Shown here in pieces: positions 40,691-50,087 of a stretch of 64,000 nt of DNA. The notes beneath the pieces were generated by a model. The model was not told where the DNA came from. It made no database searches and was given only the letters and a program-made list of their open reading frames with translations. The position numbers and the translations under genes are program-made. This stretch comes from Candidatus Poribacteria bacterium (GTDB lineage: Bacteria > Poribacteria > WGA-4E > WGA-3G), in assembly GCA_965198235.1 (NCBI GenBank), contig OZ240248.1, forward strand, positions 3,584,001-3,648,000. The letters are read 5' to 3'. The first letter of the stretch is position 1. Each line of letters starts with the position of its first letter.

Positions 40691-41584
40691 TTACTTTGAG
40701 GTTTTTTCGGCGGTTTTTGCCAATCGGAAACCGACAAAGGAGGTTTTTAGGTTAGGATAGAGATAAAACCGAAATGTGGTGCTGCATCGGGCGATCGTAT
40801 CGATCCAGGAGCCTCCGCGGATGACGCGCCAACTGCCGACTGCCGGTCCCATCGGATTCTGCTTCGGACGTTTCGTGGCGGTTTGTGAGGTATTCCAATA
40901 GTAGACATCGCTGTACCAGTCGGCTGTCCATTCCCAGACGTTGCCTGCCATATCCATTACGCCGTAGTAGCTTTTGCCTTTCGGGAAGCTGCCGATAGGC
41001 GCGAGGCGGTTCTTATAACCATCGTCGTTCGCAACAGTATTCGCGTAGGGTTCGAGTGCGTTGCCCCAGGGCCATGTTCTATTGGTATAACCCCGCGCGG
41101 CTTTCTCCCATTCCGCCTCTGTTGGGAGTCGCATGCCTTTCCAAGTTGCGTAAGCGTTTGCATCGTGCCACGACACACCGACGACGGGATGATTCGGGAA
41201 CTGTTTTGCGCGTGCGGGCCAATCGCCGATTTGTGGGAGATGCGAGAAGTTTTCTGGGGTGTGTTGGGGCATTTGTCCTGAAGGATCGGCTTTTAATTGC
41301 TGTTTCCAAAATTCATAGTACTCGGCGTTGGTTACCTCATATTTACTGATGTAATAGGCATTGAGATAGACTTTATGCATCGGTTTTTCATCGGCGGCGC
41401 GGGTATCGCTTCCCATTGTAAAGGTGCCTGCAGAGATTAGTATGAGATTCTCTGTGTCCTGCGCGGATGCCCCGAAACTCATACCAACGCTGAGGAGCAG
41501 GAGCAACAGACCTTGTGCTGTAATGCCGATAGATAGGGGCGTGGTTACCTCGCCCCTACTTCTGTTTGGACGAAAGGTATTCAT
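40691..41584 (-). CDS. formylglycine-generating enzyme family (SUMF1/FGE-sulfatase) protein
   Basis: FTMGS, KYEVTN, RLPTEAEWEKAARG, DMAGNVWEW, RGGSW, GFR; start position uncertain. Confidence 0.9.
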   Translation of the reverse strand: MNTFRPNRSRGEVTTPLSIGITAQGLLLLLLSVGMSFGASAQDTENLILISAGTFTMGSDTRAADEKPMHKVYLNAYYISKYEVTNAEYYEFWKQQLKADPSGQMPQHTPENFSHLPQIGDWPARAKQFPNHPVVGVSWHDANAYATWKGMRLPTEAEWEKAARGYTNRTWPWGNALEPYANTVANDDGYKNRLAPIGSFPKGKSYYGVMDMAGNVWEWTADWYSDVYYWNTSQTATKRPKQNPMGPAVGSWRVIRGGSWIDTIARCSTTFRFYLYPNLKTSFVGFRLAKTAEKTSK

Positions 41585-42779
41585 AGAGGCGATAATGCTC
41601 CTGCGCGAGTTTTTGGTTGCCCATGCCCTGATAGAGTCTTGAAAGGTTGAGGTGGTAGTAAGGCTCCTCGCTGTCGAGTTCGACCGCTTTTCGGAACGCA
41701 CTAATTGCTTTTTGCGAGTCGCCTTGCATCGCATACGCACTGCCGAGGGTGTTATGGAGAATCGCTTGGTTCGGCATCAGTTGGACGGCTTTTCTGGCGG
41801 CTTCTGCGGCATGTTTAGGATAATTGAGGTTCATGAAGGATCGGCTCAGTCCATGGTAAAAGTGGGCGTTAGTGGGTGCGAGTTCAATGCATTTCTGAAA
41901 GATTGGAATTGCCTTGGCAAAGTTTCTTTGATTCATGAGGAGTGTGGCTAACTCCGTCCATGCCTCAAGGTTATTCGGTTCCGCTCGCGTGAGACGGGTG
42001 AGGCGTTCGTATTCAGCGAATTCCTTTTGAAGTTGCTGATAGATTTGCATTTCCGTTCTGCTTTTCTCCCGGTCGCCTGATCGAAAATACGCTGTGCCGA
42101 GCCCGTGGTGTGGCTCAGCATAACCTGTTGGACCATACGCGAGTGCCTGTTTGAAGTGCTCTATCGCTTCGGGATATGCTTTTAAATTCAGGTATGCCAT
42201 GCCGAGTTCGTAGTAGAGACCTGCGGAGTGTGGTGTCAGTGTGAGTGCCTTTGTCAAGATCGGAACGGCTTCTGCGTACCGACGGAGTTTTACGAGTGCT
42301 TTACCGAGCATTTCATACCCGCGTGCGTGTTTGGGTGAAAGTTCTATAACCCGTTGGAGTGTTTCTACTGCGTCTGTCCACTGATCAAATCTGAAATAGG
42401 CAACACCGAGTGAGTAGAGTGCTTCGATGTTGTCAGGCATCAGTGCTAAGGAGCGTTGGCAGCTTTCGGCGGCTTTGTTCCAGAACTCCTCTTGGGCGTG
42501 TGCCATGCCGAGATAGTGCAGCACTTCGTAGTGATCGGGTTCAATCGCGAGCGCGGCTTCAAATTCGGAGATAGCTTTGAGATTGTCGCCTTGAAACATG
42601 AGAATAAAGGCTTGCTCTACATGCTGGACGTATGTGCTGTGGTCGCCGGATGTCTCGCCAGTGATTCCAGATAATGGCAAACAGAGCCAGAGGATAATTA
42701 AAATTGTCAATTTTTTAATTATACCTTGCGGTTCGTTGAGGTGGGTGTTTTTGCTTGGGCGTTTCTTCAGTGATTTCAT
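41556..42779 (-). CDS. tetratricopeptide repeat protein, probably exported
   Basis: About 9 TPR units (ALxLxPxxxEAxYxLGxAY) after a signal-like segment. Confidence 0.88.
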   Translation of the reverse strand: MKSLKKRPSKNTHLNEPQGIIKKLTILIILWLCLPLSGITGETSGDHSTYVQHVEQAFILMFQGDNLKAISEFEAALAIEPDHYEVLHYLGMAHAQEEFWNKAAESCQRSLALMPDNIEALYSLGVAYFRFDQWTDAVETLQRVIELSPKHARGYEMLGKALVKLRRYAEAVPILTKALTLTPHSAGLYYELGMAYLNLKAYPEAIEHFKQALAYGPTGYAEPHHGLGTAYFRSGDREKSRTEMQIYQQLQKEFAEYERLTRLTRAEPNNLEAWTELATLLMNQRNFAKAIPIFQKCIELAPTNAHFYHGLSRSFMNLNYPKHAAEAARKAVQLMPNQAILHNTLGSAYAMQGDSQKAISAFRKAVELDSEEPYYHLNLSRLYQGMGNQKLAQEHYRLYEYLSSKQK

Positions 42780-43092
42780 GTTCTATTCCGTATATCCGCC
42801 TGCGCCGTTGTTGCAGGCTACAATTTGGGTTTGGGTGTTCGTTCTTATCCAGAAATCCGCTCGTAATGAAATTAGGTTTCCTTAAATGCATAATTTGTCT
42901 TTGCTTTACATTTGGAGAGCGACCCAAGGAGCAATAAATTAAAAACTTCTCTTGGATTAAATTCTAACCGTAGTGCTGAAAAAAGTCAAGTTTTCCATAG
43001 AGAAAAAGACGCGTTGGTGCTATACTGTGCAGAAATTGCCTATAGCATAGTTTATATGCCTACATTCAGAAGATGGGGGAATAGAGACAAGG

Positions 43093-44181
43093 ATGCGACA
43101 GGTTACAATCTATCGCGAGCCGGGCCGCTACGGAGGCTGGCCAGCGAATTACGGTATTTGGGCATGGGACAACGAGATCGTTGTCGGCTTTACGGTTGGG
43201 TATCATAAGTCGGATGCGGGGTTCCATCGCCGCGACCGGGATAAACCGTTTGTGGGGATGCAGGCACGAAGTTTTGATGGCGGTGAGACATGGAGCGTCT
43301 CGGAAACGCCGTGTCGTTTGCCAGCAAGGGGTACACTGTCTGCAGATGAACACGTGGAAGAACGGCATAGGCTGACAGCGGACGTTTTCTTCGAGACACC
43401 GCAGCGTGCCGATTTTTCGCACCCGGATTTTGCGATGATGTGCAGTAGATCCGGATTGAGAGCAGGGGCGTACTCATGGTTTTACACTTCTTTTGACCGG
43501 TGTCAGAGTTGGGAGGGTCCATTTCGGCTTCCGATGTTTGACTACACTGGTATCGCGGCTCGGACAGATTATCTTGTCTCAAGTCCAGACGGGTGCTTGC
43601 TCTTCCTCACCGCATCGAAAGCGGATGGTGAGGAAGGTTTGATATTCTGTGCGCAGACAACCGATGGGGGTGAGTCTTTTTCGTTGCTGTCTCAGATTGG
43701 ACCGGAGCCGAAAGGATTCGCTATTATGCCGGCGAGTGTTCGGTTATCTGATTCAAAAATTTTAGTGGCGGTTCGGTGCCGCGCCGATAGCGATTACGCA
43801 AATCCAGACTGGCAAAAATGGGAGAACTGGATTGATCTTTACGTCTCAGATGATAACGGACAGACGTGGAATTACATGAATCGACCTGTGGAGAATACGG
43901 GACGCGGAGGCAACCCACCAACGCTAACCCACCTTCACGACGGACGACTGTGCCTTATTTATGGATACCGGGATGCACCGTTTCGGATATGTGCGAAGTT
44001 GAGCAGTGATGCCGGCGAGACGTGGGGTGAGGAGATCGTCTTGCGCGATAATGGCGGAGATCACGATGTCGGGTATCCCCGCACAATTCAACGTCCTGAC
44101 GGAACCGTGGTAACCGCTTACTATTTCGATGAGGAGCCGGATGGTGAGAGATTCATTGAAGCGACATTGTGGGAGCCTTAG
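43093..44181 (+). CDS. BNR/Asp-box sialidase-like glycosyl hydrolase
   Basis: Asp-boxes SFDGGETW, TTDGGESF, SDDNGQTW, SSDAGETW; GYP motif. Confidence 0.85.
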   Translation: MRQVTIYREPGRYGGWPANYGIWAWDNEIVVGFTVGYHKSDAGFHRRDRDKPFVGMQARSFDGGETWSVSETPCRLPARGTLSADEHVEERHRLTADVFFETPQRADFSHPDFAMMCSRSGLRAGAYSWFYTSFDRCQSWEGPFRLPMFDYTGIAARTDYLVSSPDGCLLFLTASKADGEEGLIFCAQTTDGGESFSLLSQIGPEPKGFAIMPASVRLSDSKILVAVRCRADSDYANPDWQKWENWIDLYVSDDNGQTWNYMNRPVENTGRGGNPPTLTHLHDGRLCLIYGYRDAPFRICAKLSSDAGETWGEEIVLRDNGGDHDVGYPRTIQRPDGTVVTAYYFDEEPDGERFIEATLWEP

Positions 44182-44209
44182 TCGATGGTTACCAGTTGCC
44201 AAAGTGCAA

Positions 44210-45586
44210 TCACTCTGTCTCTGAACGTAGGTTAAAGCAGATAAGGCGATCTTTGCCGCGAACATAGAGATAACCATCTACCATCACGGGTGCCGCCCAA
44301 GCGGGGTGCTTAATCAGTTGGTTACCGTTCTCATCTATGGGAACAGCTTGGGAGATCGCCTCTAATTTTTCGGGTGTGCATTTAAGGAGCATCAAACGTC
44401 CATATTCGCCGAGGTAAATAAAATAGTCGTTCACCCATAGCAGCGAGGCGCGCTCGTCAACGCGTTGTGCCCACTTGATTTTGCCGGTCTTGAGTTCCAC
44501 ACACCGAAGCTCTGCACCATTGGAGTGTCTCCCACTACAAGCGTAGAGATAGCCCTCATGATGGATCGCGGTGTTCCAGTGCAACTCCATCGCCTTATTA
44601 CGACGGGATGCCCGATCTTTCCAAACGACTCGGTAGCCGCCGGGGCGGACCTTGACAACTGAACTACCGATCCCGTAGGATTCACTGACGAAAACCAAGT
44701 CGTCAGCGACGACGGGAGATGAGGCGTTGACAGACTCAATTTTAGGATGCCGCCACGGGTAGTGGAAGTCTATTTTACCGGTTGCGGGTTCAAAGCCGAC
44801 AAGCCCCCCGCGGAGGAATGCGAACCCCCACCGCCGTTCCTCAATCGTGGTGAAGATAGGGCTTGCGTAACTCGCAAGTTCATCGGCAATTTGGTAGACG
44901 ATTTCACCGGTGTATTTGTTGAAGGCGACAATGCCGCTGTTGTTTGGTTTTGGTCTGCCGTTTGCGCCCCAAATGTCTTTTGGGCTTCCGGGGGGTGAAC
45001 CGCCAATCTGAACGATAAGGAGTTCGCCCTCAACAGCAGGTGCCGAAGCGATACCGAAAAAGTTTTGGACAACGTGAAATTGCGCAGTCGAGTCAACCTT
45101 CCATAAGCCTTTACCATCCGACACACGGACACAGTGTAGTATCCCTTCTGACCCGAAGATATACACGCGATCTTCATCGACGATAGGGCAGCACCGCGGT
45201 CCGTTGTTGTAGCCGTACAAATCTTCGTAGTCTGTGGGGTATTCAAATCGCCAGAGTTCAGTACCGGTGTCGCTTTCCATACAGGTGAGGCGCGCCATGT
45301 TACCATGACGCGCGAAGATGAACAATCGTCCGTCTGCGATGGTGGGTGCCCCGTAGCTGGTGCCGATCTTCTTGTGCCAAATGACAGGGGGACCCGTGTT
45401 TCTCCACGGCGCGATGTCTATCTTCTCTTGCGATTTGCTGTTTCGTGCTGGACCGAGAAAATCGTTCCAATCTGCCAATGCGATTAGCGGGAGGTTTAGT
45501 ATTATTAGTAAGAGAAGGCATACGAATTGGTGGAGTCTTGAAATAACGTTTTCGGATGCTTTTTTCACGGTGTTGTTAAGGCGCAT
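44210..45586 (-). CDS. PQQ-like beta-propeller protein
   Basis: DWNDFLGPARN, TGxxxW repeats, WAAPV..GYLYVRG. Confidence 0.85.
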   Translation of the reverse strand: MRLNNTVKKASENVISRLHQFVCLLLLIILNLPLIALADWNDFLGPARNSKSQEKIDIAPWRNTGPPVIWHKKIGTSYGAPTIADGRLFIFARHGNMARLTCMESDTGTELWRFEYPTDYEDLYGYNNGPRCCPIVDEDRVYIFGSEGILHCVRVSDGKGLWKVDSTAQFHVVQNFFGIASAPAVEGELLIVQIGGSPPGSPKDIWGANGRPKPNNSGIVAFNKYTGEIVYQIADELASYASPIFTTIEERRWGFAFLRGGLVGFEPATGKIDFHYPWRHPKIESVNASSPVVADDLVFVSESYGIGSSVVKVRPGGYRVVWKDRASRRNKAMELHWNTAIHHEGYLYACSGRHSNGAELRCVELKTGKIKWAQRVDERASLLWVNDYFIYLGEYGRLMLLKCTPEKLEAISQAVPIDENGNQLIKHPAWAAPVMVDGYLYVRGKDRLICFNLRSETE

Positions 45587-45631
45587 AGAAATATTGTTTT
45601 CTTCAAATGGGTATGTTCACAATATGTTTTC

Positions 45632-45967
45632 CGCTCCAGCGGAGCGGTATGTTTATAGAAGGGTTTCAAGGTTCTCCTTCCGCTCCAGCGGAGCGGTATG
45701 TGAAGCATGGTGGTGCTATAGCATATCATGTTTCGGGAGTATCCTCATCAACAGAATCAAAAACATACTTTTCATTATAGATTACATCAAAACGCTTCAA
45801 TAATTCAAGGTATTCCTCTCTGAATGTTTTACGCGAATGGTGCTTCTCTTGATTTTGGATGATGGTTGTTAGATTTCTCTGATTTGACTTGATAGTCACA
45901 TACCGCTCCTCTGGAGCGGATGATTGCGTGTTCGTGTGTGCTATAGACATATCGCTCCTCTGGAGCG
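45632..45967. repeat. REP family B doublets in inverted orientation flanking a transposase remnant
   Basis: cgctccagcggagcg at 45632 and 45681; inverted cgctcctctggagcg at 45904 and 45953. Confidence 0.85.
45726..45895 (-). mobile_element. IS200/IS605 TnpA (RAYT-like) C-terminal remnant
   Basis: IQNQEKHHSRKTFREEYLELLKRFDVIYNEKYVF matches the typical tail of REP-flanked Y1 transposases; the HUH domain is missing. Confidence 0.75.
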
Positions 45968-45990
45968 AAGACTATGATTGTTCTTATAAT

Positions 45991-46117
45991 CAAGGCTTAC
46001 GCACAGAGGGGATAACGGGTTTCCTTACTACCAACAGATAGACCTTGCAAAGACACTTTTTTTAAGAAGATACACGGTTTGTAGTAGCGCAATTCATTGC
46101 GCATTGCGTAAGTCCTA
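45991..46117. mobile_element. MITE family F, 5-bp TSD ATAAT
   Basis: caaggcttacgca ... tgcgtaagtccta flanked by ataat on both sides. Confidence 0.8.
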
Positions 46118-46121
46118 ATAA

Positions 46122-46224
46122 TATAGTAAAGTCGAAAAATAAGTTTACACTTCCCGCTCCCCGGTAGGCGAGGTTTCCTAACCTCGCCGAAGCAAGTGTG
46201 TAAGTAACTATGAAATCTACTATA
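46122..46224. mobile_element. MITE-like element (family H) carrying REP family C
   Basis: tatagtaaagtc..aagtttacactt / aagtgtgtaagt..atctactata ends; internal gcgaggtttcctaacctcgc. Confidence 0.6.
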
Positions 46225-46433
46225 TTATCCATTTAGAGGGTAACTTAGAACTGGTGTTGAAAAACATACCAATCCGCTGAAGCGGTAATTGCGATAAAAA
46301 CCTGACACGTCCCCGTCAAAATTGACCATGGACGTGTCAGGTTCAGGACGCTGGCTCCAAAGTTGCATGCTATCTCAATGAACTCTCTATTGGTATCCTC
46401 TGTTCTTGGTGTCTTCCATTGAAGGGACAAACA

Positions 46434-47477
46434 TCAATCTTCTGACGCAGCGACCTCCTCATTTGCCCGCTTCACGAGTGCGTTCATGTAGGCGATCGTG
46501 TACGCTGTGCCGACGCGATGGTCATCCGCCATGCTCGGAATATGGTCAGGGATCAGCACGCCGTTGAAGTTGACTTCACGGAGGGCTTTTGCGACTTGAT
46601 ACATATCCTGATAGCCGTTGTCAACGAAGGTTTCAACGAAATGCGGGAGCGGCTGATCGACGTTGCGGAAATGGACTTTGAAGATTTTGTTCCGTTCGCC
46701 GAAGTAGCGAATAGATTCAATGGCATCTTTGCCCATTAGCTCACCGCCTTCCAGCCAACAACCCACGCAGAAACACATACCGACATTCGGGCTATCGGCG
46801 ATTTCAAGGGCGCGTTTGTAGCCTTCAAAGCTGCTGAAGATGCACCTCGGGATTCCGGCGAGATGCACCGCGGGTGGGTCGTCGGGATGGATACCGATCA
46901 TCACGCCTGCTTCCTCAGCGACGGGTGCGGCTTGCTTGATGAAGTAGGCGTAGTTATCCCAGAGTTCATCTTCACTGAATTCGCGTCCGTGAGAGAACGG
47001 CATCGGATACAGTTTGCCTCCCCAATGTCCCTCCTGTGCTGCGTCAAGGTTGAACCCTCTCGCACTTGCGCCACCGCGGGTCGTCTCACGTTCGGTACTC
47101 CAGATACCGTTGCCCATGTGCGCGTAAGTCGTATATGGAATCCCGGCTCTACCGAGGTCGCGGATGTACTGCTTATACTGTTCGACCTTCGCGTCGCGGT
47201 TCTCCAAGTTCAGCACAATCCCGTCTTGATTGTGGACATCGCTGTTGCCAAACCCGTAGATTTTGAGTCCTGCGTTCTCGAAGATCTCGCGACGACTCAT
47301 GAAATAGTCGTAATTTGCATTTTCGCCGTTTGTCCAGAGGACGACATATTCGACATCCATCTGCTTAGCAAACTGCAAATCTGCCTCACTCGGTTCCGGC
47401 GACATCTGTGCCGTAACTTTCATGCCGGGTGCAATGTTTTGTAATGGCCCTGTAGATTTTGAAAAGTGGTTTGCCAT
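46434..47477 (-). CDS. uxuA: mannonate dehydratase family
   Basis: IHPDDPP, CFCVG, VHFRNV, ETFVDNG, PDHIP. Confidence 0.85.
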   Translation of the reverse strand: MANHFSKSTGPLQNIAPGMKVTAQMSPEPSEADLQFAKQMDVEYVVLWTNGENANYDYFMSRREIFENAGLKIYGFGNSDVHNQDGIVLNLENRDAKVEQYKQYIRDLGRAGIPYTTYAHMGNGIWSTERETTRGGASARGFNLDAAQEGHWGGKLYPMPFSHGREFSEDELWDNYAYFIKQAAPVAEEAGVMIGIHPDDPPAVHLAGIPRCIFSSFEGYKRALEIADSPNVGMCFCVGCWLEGGELMGKDAIESIRYFGERNKIFKVHFRNVDQPLPHFVETFVDNGYQDMYQVAKALREVNFNGVLIPDHIPSMADDHRVGTAYTIAYMNALVKRANEEVAASED

Positions 47478-47643
47478 TTTCTGCCTCCATTTTTTGTAGC
47501 AATCAGCAATCAGCAGTCAGCGGTCAGTCAAGATCTCTTTGTAGCAGACAGAACGTTCGCAACCGCCACAACGAGTAACCGACAGCCGACTACTGAGAGT
47601 CGACGGCTATTTACCTTGCCAATGATGAGAACATATATACTAA

Positions 47644-49041
47644 CTATTCTTCGTCTCCTGCCTCTGCTTTGAGTCGATACAACTCCGCTGTCAATTCGGT
47701 CACGATGTCGGCATACGCCGGGTCGTCGTAGACGCTGCACATTTCATTCGGATCCTTTTCAAGGTCGAAGAGTTCCCATTCGGGTTCTTTCGGTTCATCA
47801 ACCGAACCCGTCGTGCCGAGTGCCTCGCCGTAGTAATAGATGAGTTTATAGCGATGCGTTCGTATCCCGTAGTGCGCGGGGACGTAGTGGTGTGTGAGGT
47901 GCATCCAGTAGCGGTAGTACATTGACGTTCGCCAATCGTCAGGTGTTTCGCCATTGAGAAGTGTCCGTAGGCTCGTTCCCTGCATGTCGTCTGGGGTGGG
48001 GAGTCCTGCATAATCGAGCCAAGTCTCTGCGAAGTCGATATTCAGTGCCATTGCGTCGGATGAACTACCGGGTTGAATCTCGCGCGGGTAGCGGACAAGG
48101 AACGGCATCCTCAAGGATTCTTCGTACATGAACCGTTTGTCATACCAACCGTGGTCGCCTAAGAAGAAGCCTTGATCGGAGGTATAGATGATGAGTGTAT
48201 CGTCTGCGATGCCTTCTTCATTGAGATAGTCAAGCATCCGTCCAACGTTGTCATCGATTGAGGCGACGCAGCGGAGATACTCCTTAATATACCGTTGATA
48301 CTGCCAGTTTGCCAACGCCTTCTCCGAGAATCCTTCAGGGGGTGGACCGAGTGTATCAATCTTGAGATCTCTTTCGCTCATGTGCCCGAAGACACGCATC
48401 TTCGCATCCTTTGCGGCGTTTGAGCGGTTCGCGTAATCATCGAAGAAGTTGTCCGGCATTGGCACATCTTCGCCCTCGTACATGTGTGCGTGCTTCTCAT
48501 CGGAATCCCATGGTCGGTGTGGTGCCTTGTGGTGACACATCAGGAAGAAAGGTCTCTCTTTGTCCCGATTCTGCAACCATTCCAATGAGAAATCGGTGAT
48601 GATGTCAGTGGCATAGCCTTTATGGGTTTTCTCGCCATCGGGGTCGAGCATCACTGGATCGTGATAGAGTCCTTGTCCGGGTAAAACGTTCCAATAGTCG
48701 AAACCGGTCGGGTCTGCGTTCCCTCCGTGGCCGAGATGCCATTTGCCTACCATTGCCGTCTGATAGCCGTCCGCTTGGAGCATCTTCGCGACGTTCGGTT
48801 TTCTTCCGTCAAGGGGGTCTGATAGTGTCTTGACCCCGTTGAGATGGCTATGTTTTCCCGTCAAAATGTTCGCCCGACTCGGTGTGCATATAGAGTTGAC
48901 GCAGAAACAGTTTTGGAGAATCATGCCGCCATCTGCGATACGGTCGAGGTTTGGTGTTTGGTTAATTCGACTGCCGTAGCTGCTGATAGCGTGTGAAGCG
49001 TGGTCGTCGGACATGATGAATAGGATATTAGGTCTGCTCAA
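47644..49041 (-). CDS. Cys-type sulfatase
   Basis: PNILFIMSDDH, CTPSR (CxPxR), GKWHLG, YTSDQG, DKRFMYEES. Confidence 0.95.
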   Translation of the reverse strand: MSRPNILFIMSDDHASHAISSYGSRINQTPNLDRIADGGMILQNCFCVNSICTPSRANILTGKHSHLNGVKTLSDPLDGRKPNVAKMLQADGYQTAMVGKWHLGHGGNADPTGFDYWNVLPGQGLYHDPVMLDPDGEKTHKGYATDIITDFSLEWLQNRDKERPFFLMCHHKAPHRPWDSDEKHAHMYEGEDVPMPDNFFDDYANRSNAAKDAKMRVFGHMSERDLKIDTLGPPPEGFSEKALANWQYQRYIKEYLRCVASIDDNVGRMLDYLNEEGIADDTLIIYTSDQGFFLGDHGWYDKRFMYEESLRMPFLVRYPREIQPGSSSDAMALNIDFAETWLDYAGLPTPDDMQGTSLRTLLNGETPDDWRTSMYYRYWMHLTHHYVPAHYGIRTHRYKLIYYYGEALGTTGSVDEPKEPEWELFDLEKDPNEMCSVYDDPAYADIVTELTAELYRLKAEAGDEE

Positions 49042-49128
49042 TTTTTCCTCCTTAAGATTAAAAAATAAAAAACACAGGATACGAGTCTAATGTGTCTTGT
49101 AACGGATGCATCTCTAAATATGAAACTG

Positions 49129-49848
49129 TCAATCAGCGATTAACGATGGTGGTGGTTCGTCAAGAGTGTATCCATACATTTCTGCTTCAGTTTGCCGTTG
49201 ATACCATTTTTTCCACACTTCTTGCTCTTTGGTGGCGCCTTTTACCATACCTTTTGCTTCTTGGTAACTGGAGATCAAAGCAAGTATAATAGGTAGTATG
49301 GCGAATTCAGGGAGCAATCGCACCAAATTTCGTAATGCTGCAACAATACCAAAGTAGTACTCTGTATAGTAAGTCGTAATGTATAATAAAACCAAAGCAA
49401 CGAGCCAGAACGTAAAGTGGGCGATAAAAGACATTGGGTTGTAAATCATGAAGCGTAGTGTTTTTTGGACTCTCCTGAAATAAGAATCAACGGGTATGAC
49501 GTTTTCCGGTGGCAGTTCCTTGTAAGCCTCATCCAGTGCTTCTGATCTTTGTTGTAGCGTATACCACCTCGTCCACTTTTCTTTCTCTTTAGCAATCCCT
49601 TTTAGGTTGCCTCGCGCTTCTCGGTAACTGATGATGAAAGCAATAATAGCAATCCAAGGAAGGAGTCGTCCAAAGGCACCTACTAACTCATACAATTCCA
49701 AAATATCATCGGGCTTTTCTTCTGGTGGAACCGTCATGGCGAGTAGCACGAAAAATAAGAGCGTAGACGCGAAAATCCAGCATACCATGCGAACTATGAG
49801 GGGAATCGGGTTCCGACTCATAAATAATAACGTTTTTTGGATTTTCAT
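49129..49848 (-). CDS. hypothetical membrane protein made of two internal repeats
   Basis: Two ~115-aa units: QKTLxFMxxNP - 2 TM - SYxEAxGxxKG...WxxWY. Confidence 0.7.
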   Translation of the reverse strand: MKIQKTLLFMSRNPIPLIVRMVCWIFASTLLFFVLLAMTVPPEEKPDDILELYELVGAFGRLLPWIAIIAFIISYREARGNLKGIAKEKEKWTRWYTLQQRSEALDEAYKELPPENVIPVDSYFRRVQKTLRFMIYNPMSFIAHFTFWLVALVLLYITTYYTEYYFGIVAALRNLVRLLPEFAILPIILALISSYQEAKGMVKGATKEQEVWKKWYQRQTEAEMYGYTLDEPPPSLIAD

Positions 49849-50087
49849 GGCATGTGCCTCTCACGTGGGAGATGTTTTCCACGCGATATCCTATCTTGAC
49901 GCTATAGGATATTTGTGCTTTCTCCCTTTCGGGTTTATGCGGTGGCTTTCTTGACATCCTCAACTGGACGTGCGATGAATCGCACTACTACAAACCTTTG
50001 GAAAATTTGACGCTAAGGTTGAGTTACGTCTTGTGCTTTAAGTTCACCAAAAGCGAGCCACAGGTCACTCCACTGAGGGCAAAATTC

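Noticed and set aside
45632-45967. Palindromic repeats as a mini-CRISPR
   Set aside because: The copies are inverted, few and dispersed, and they flank a Y1 transposase remnant, which fits REPs
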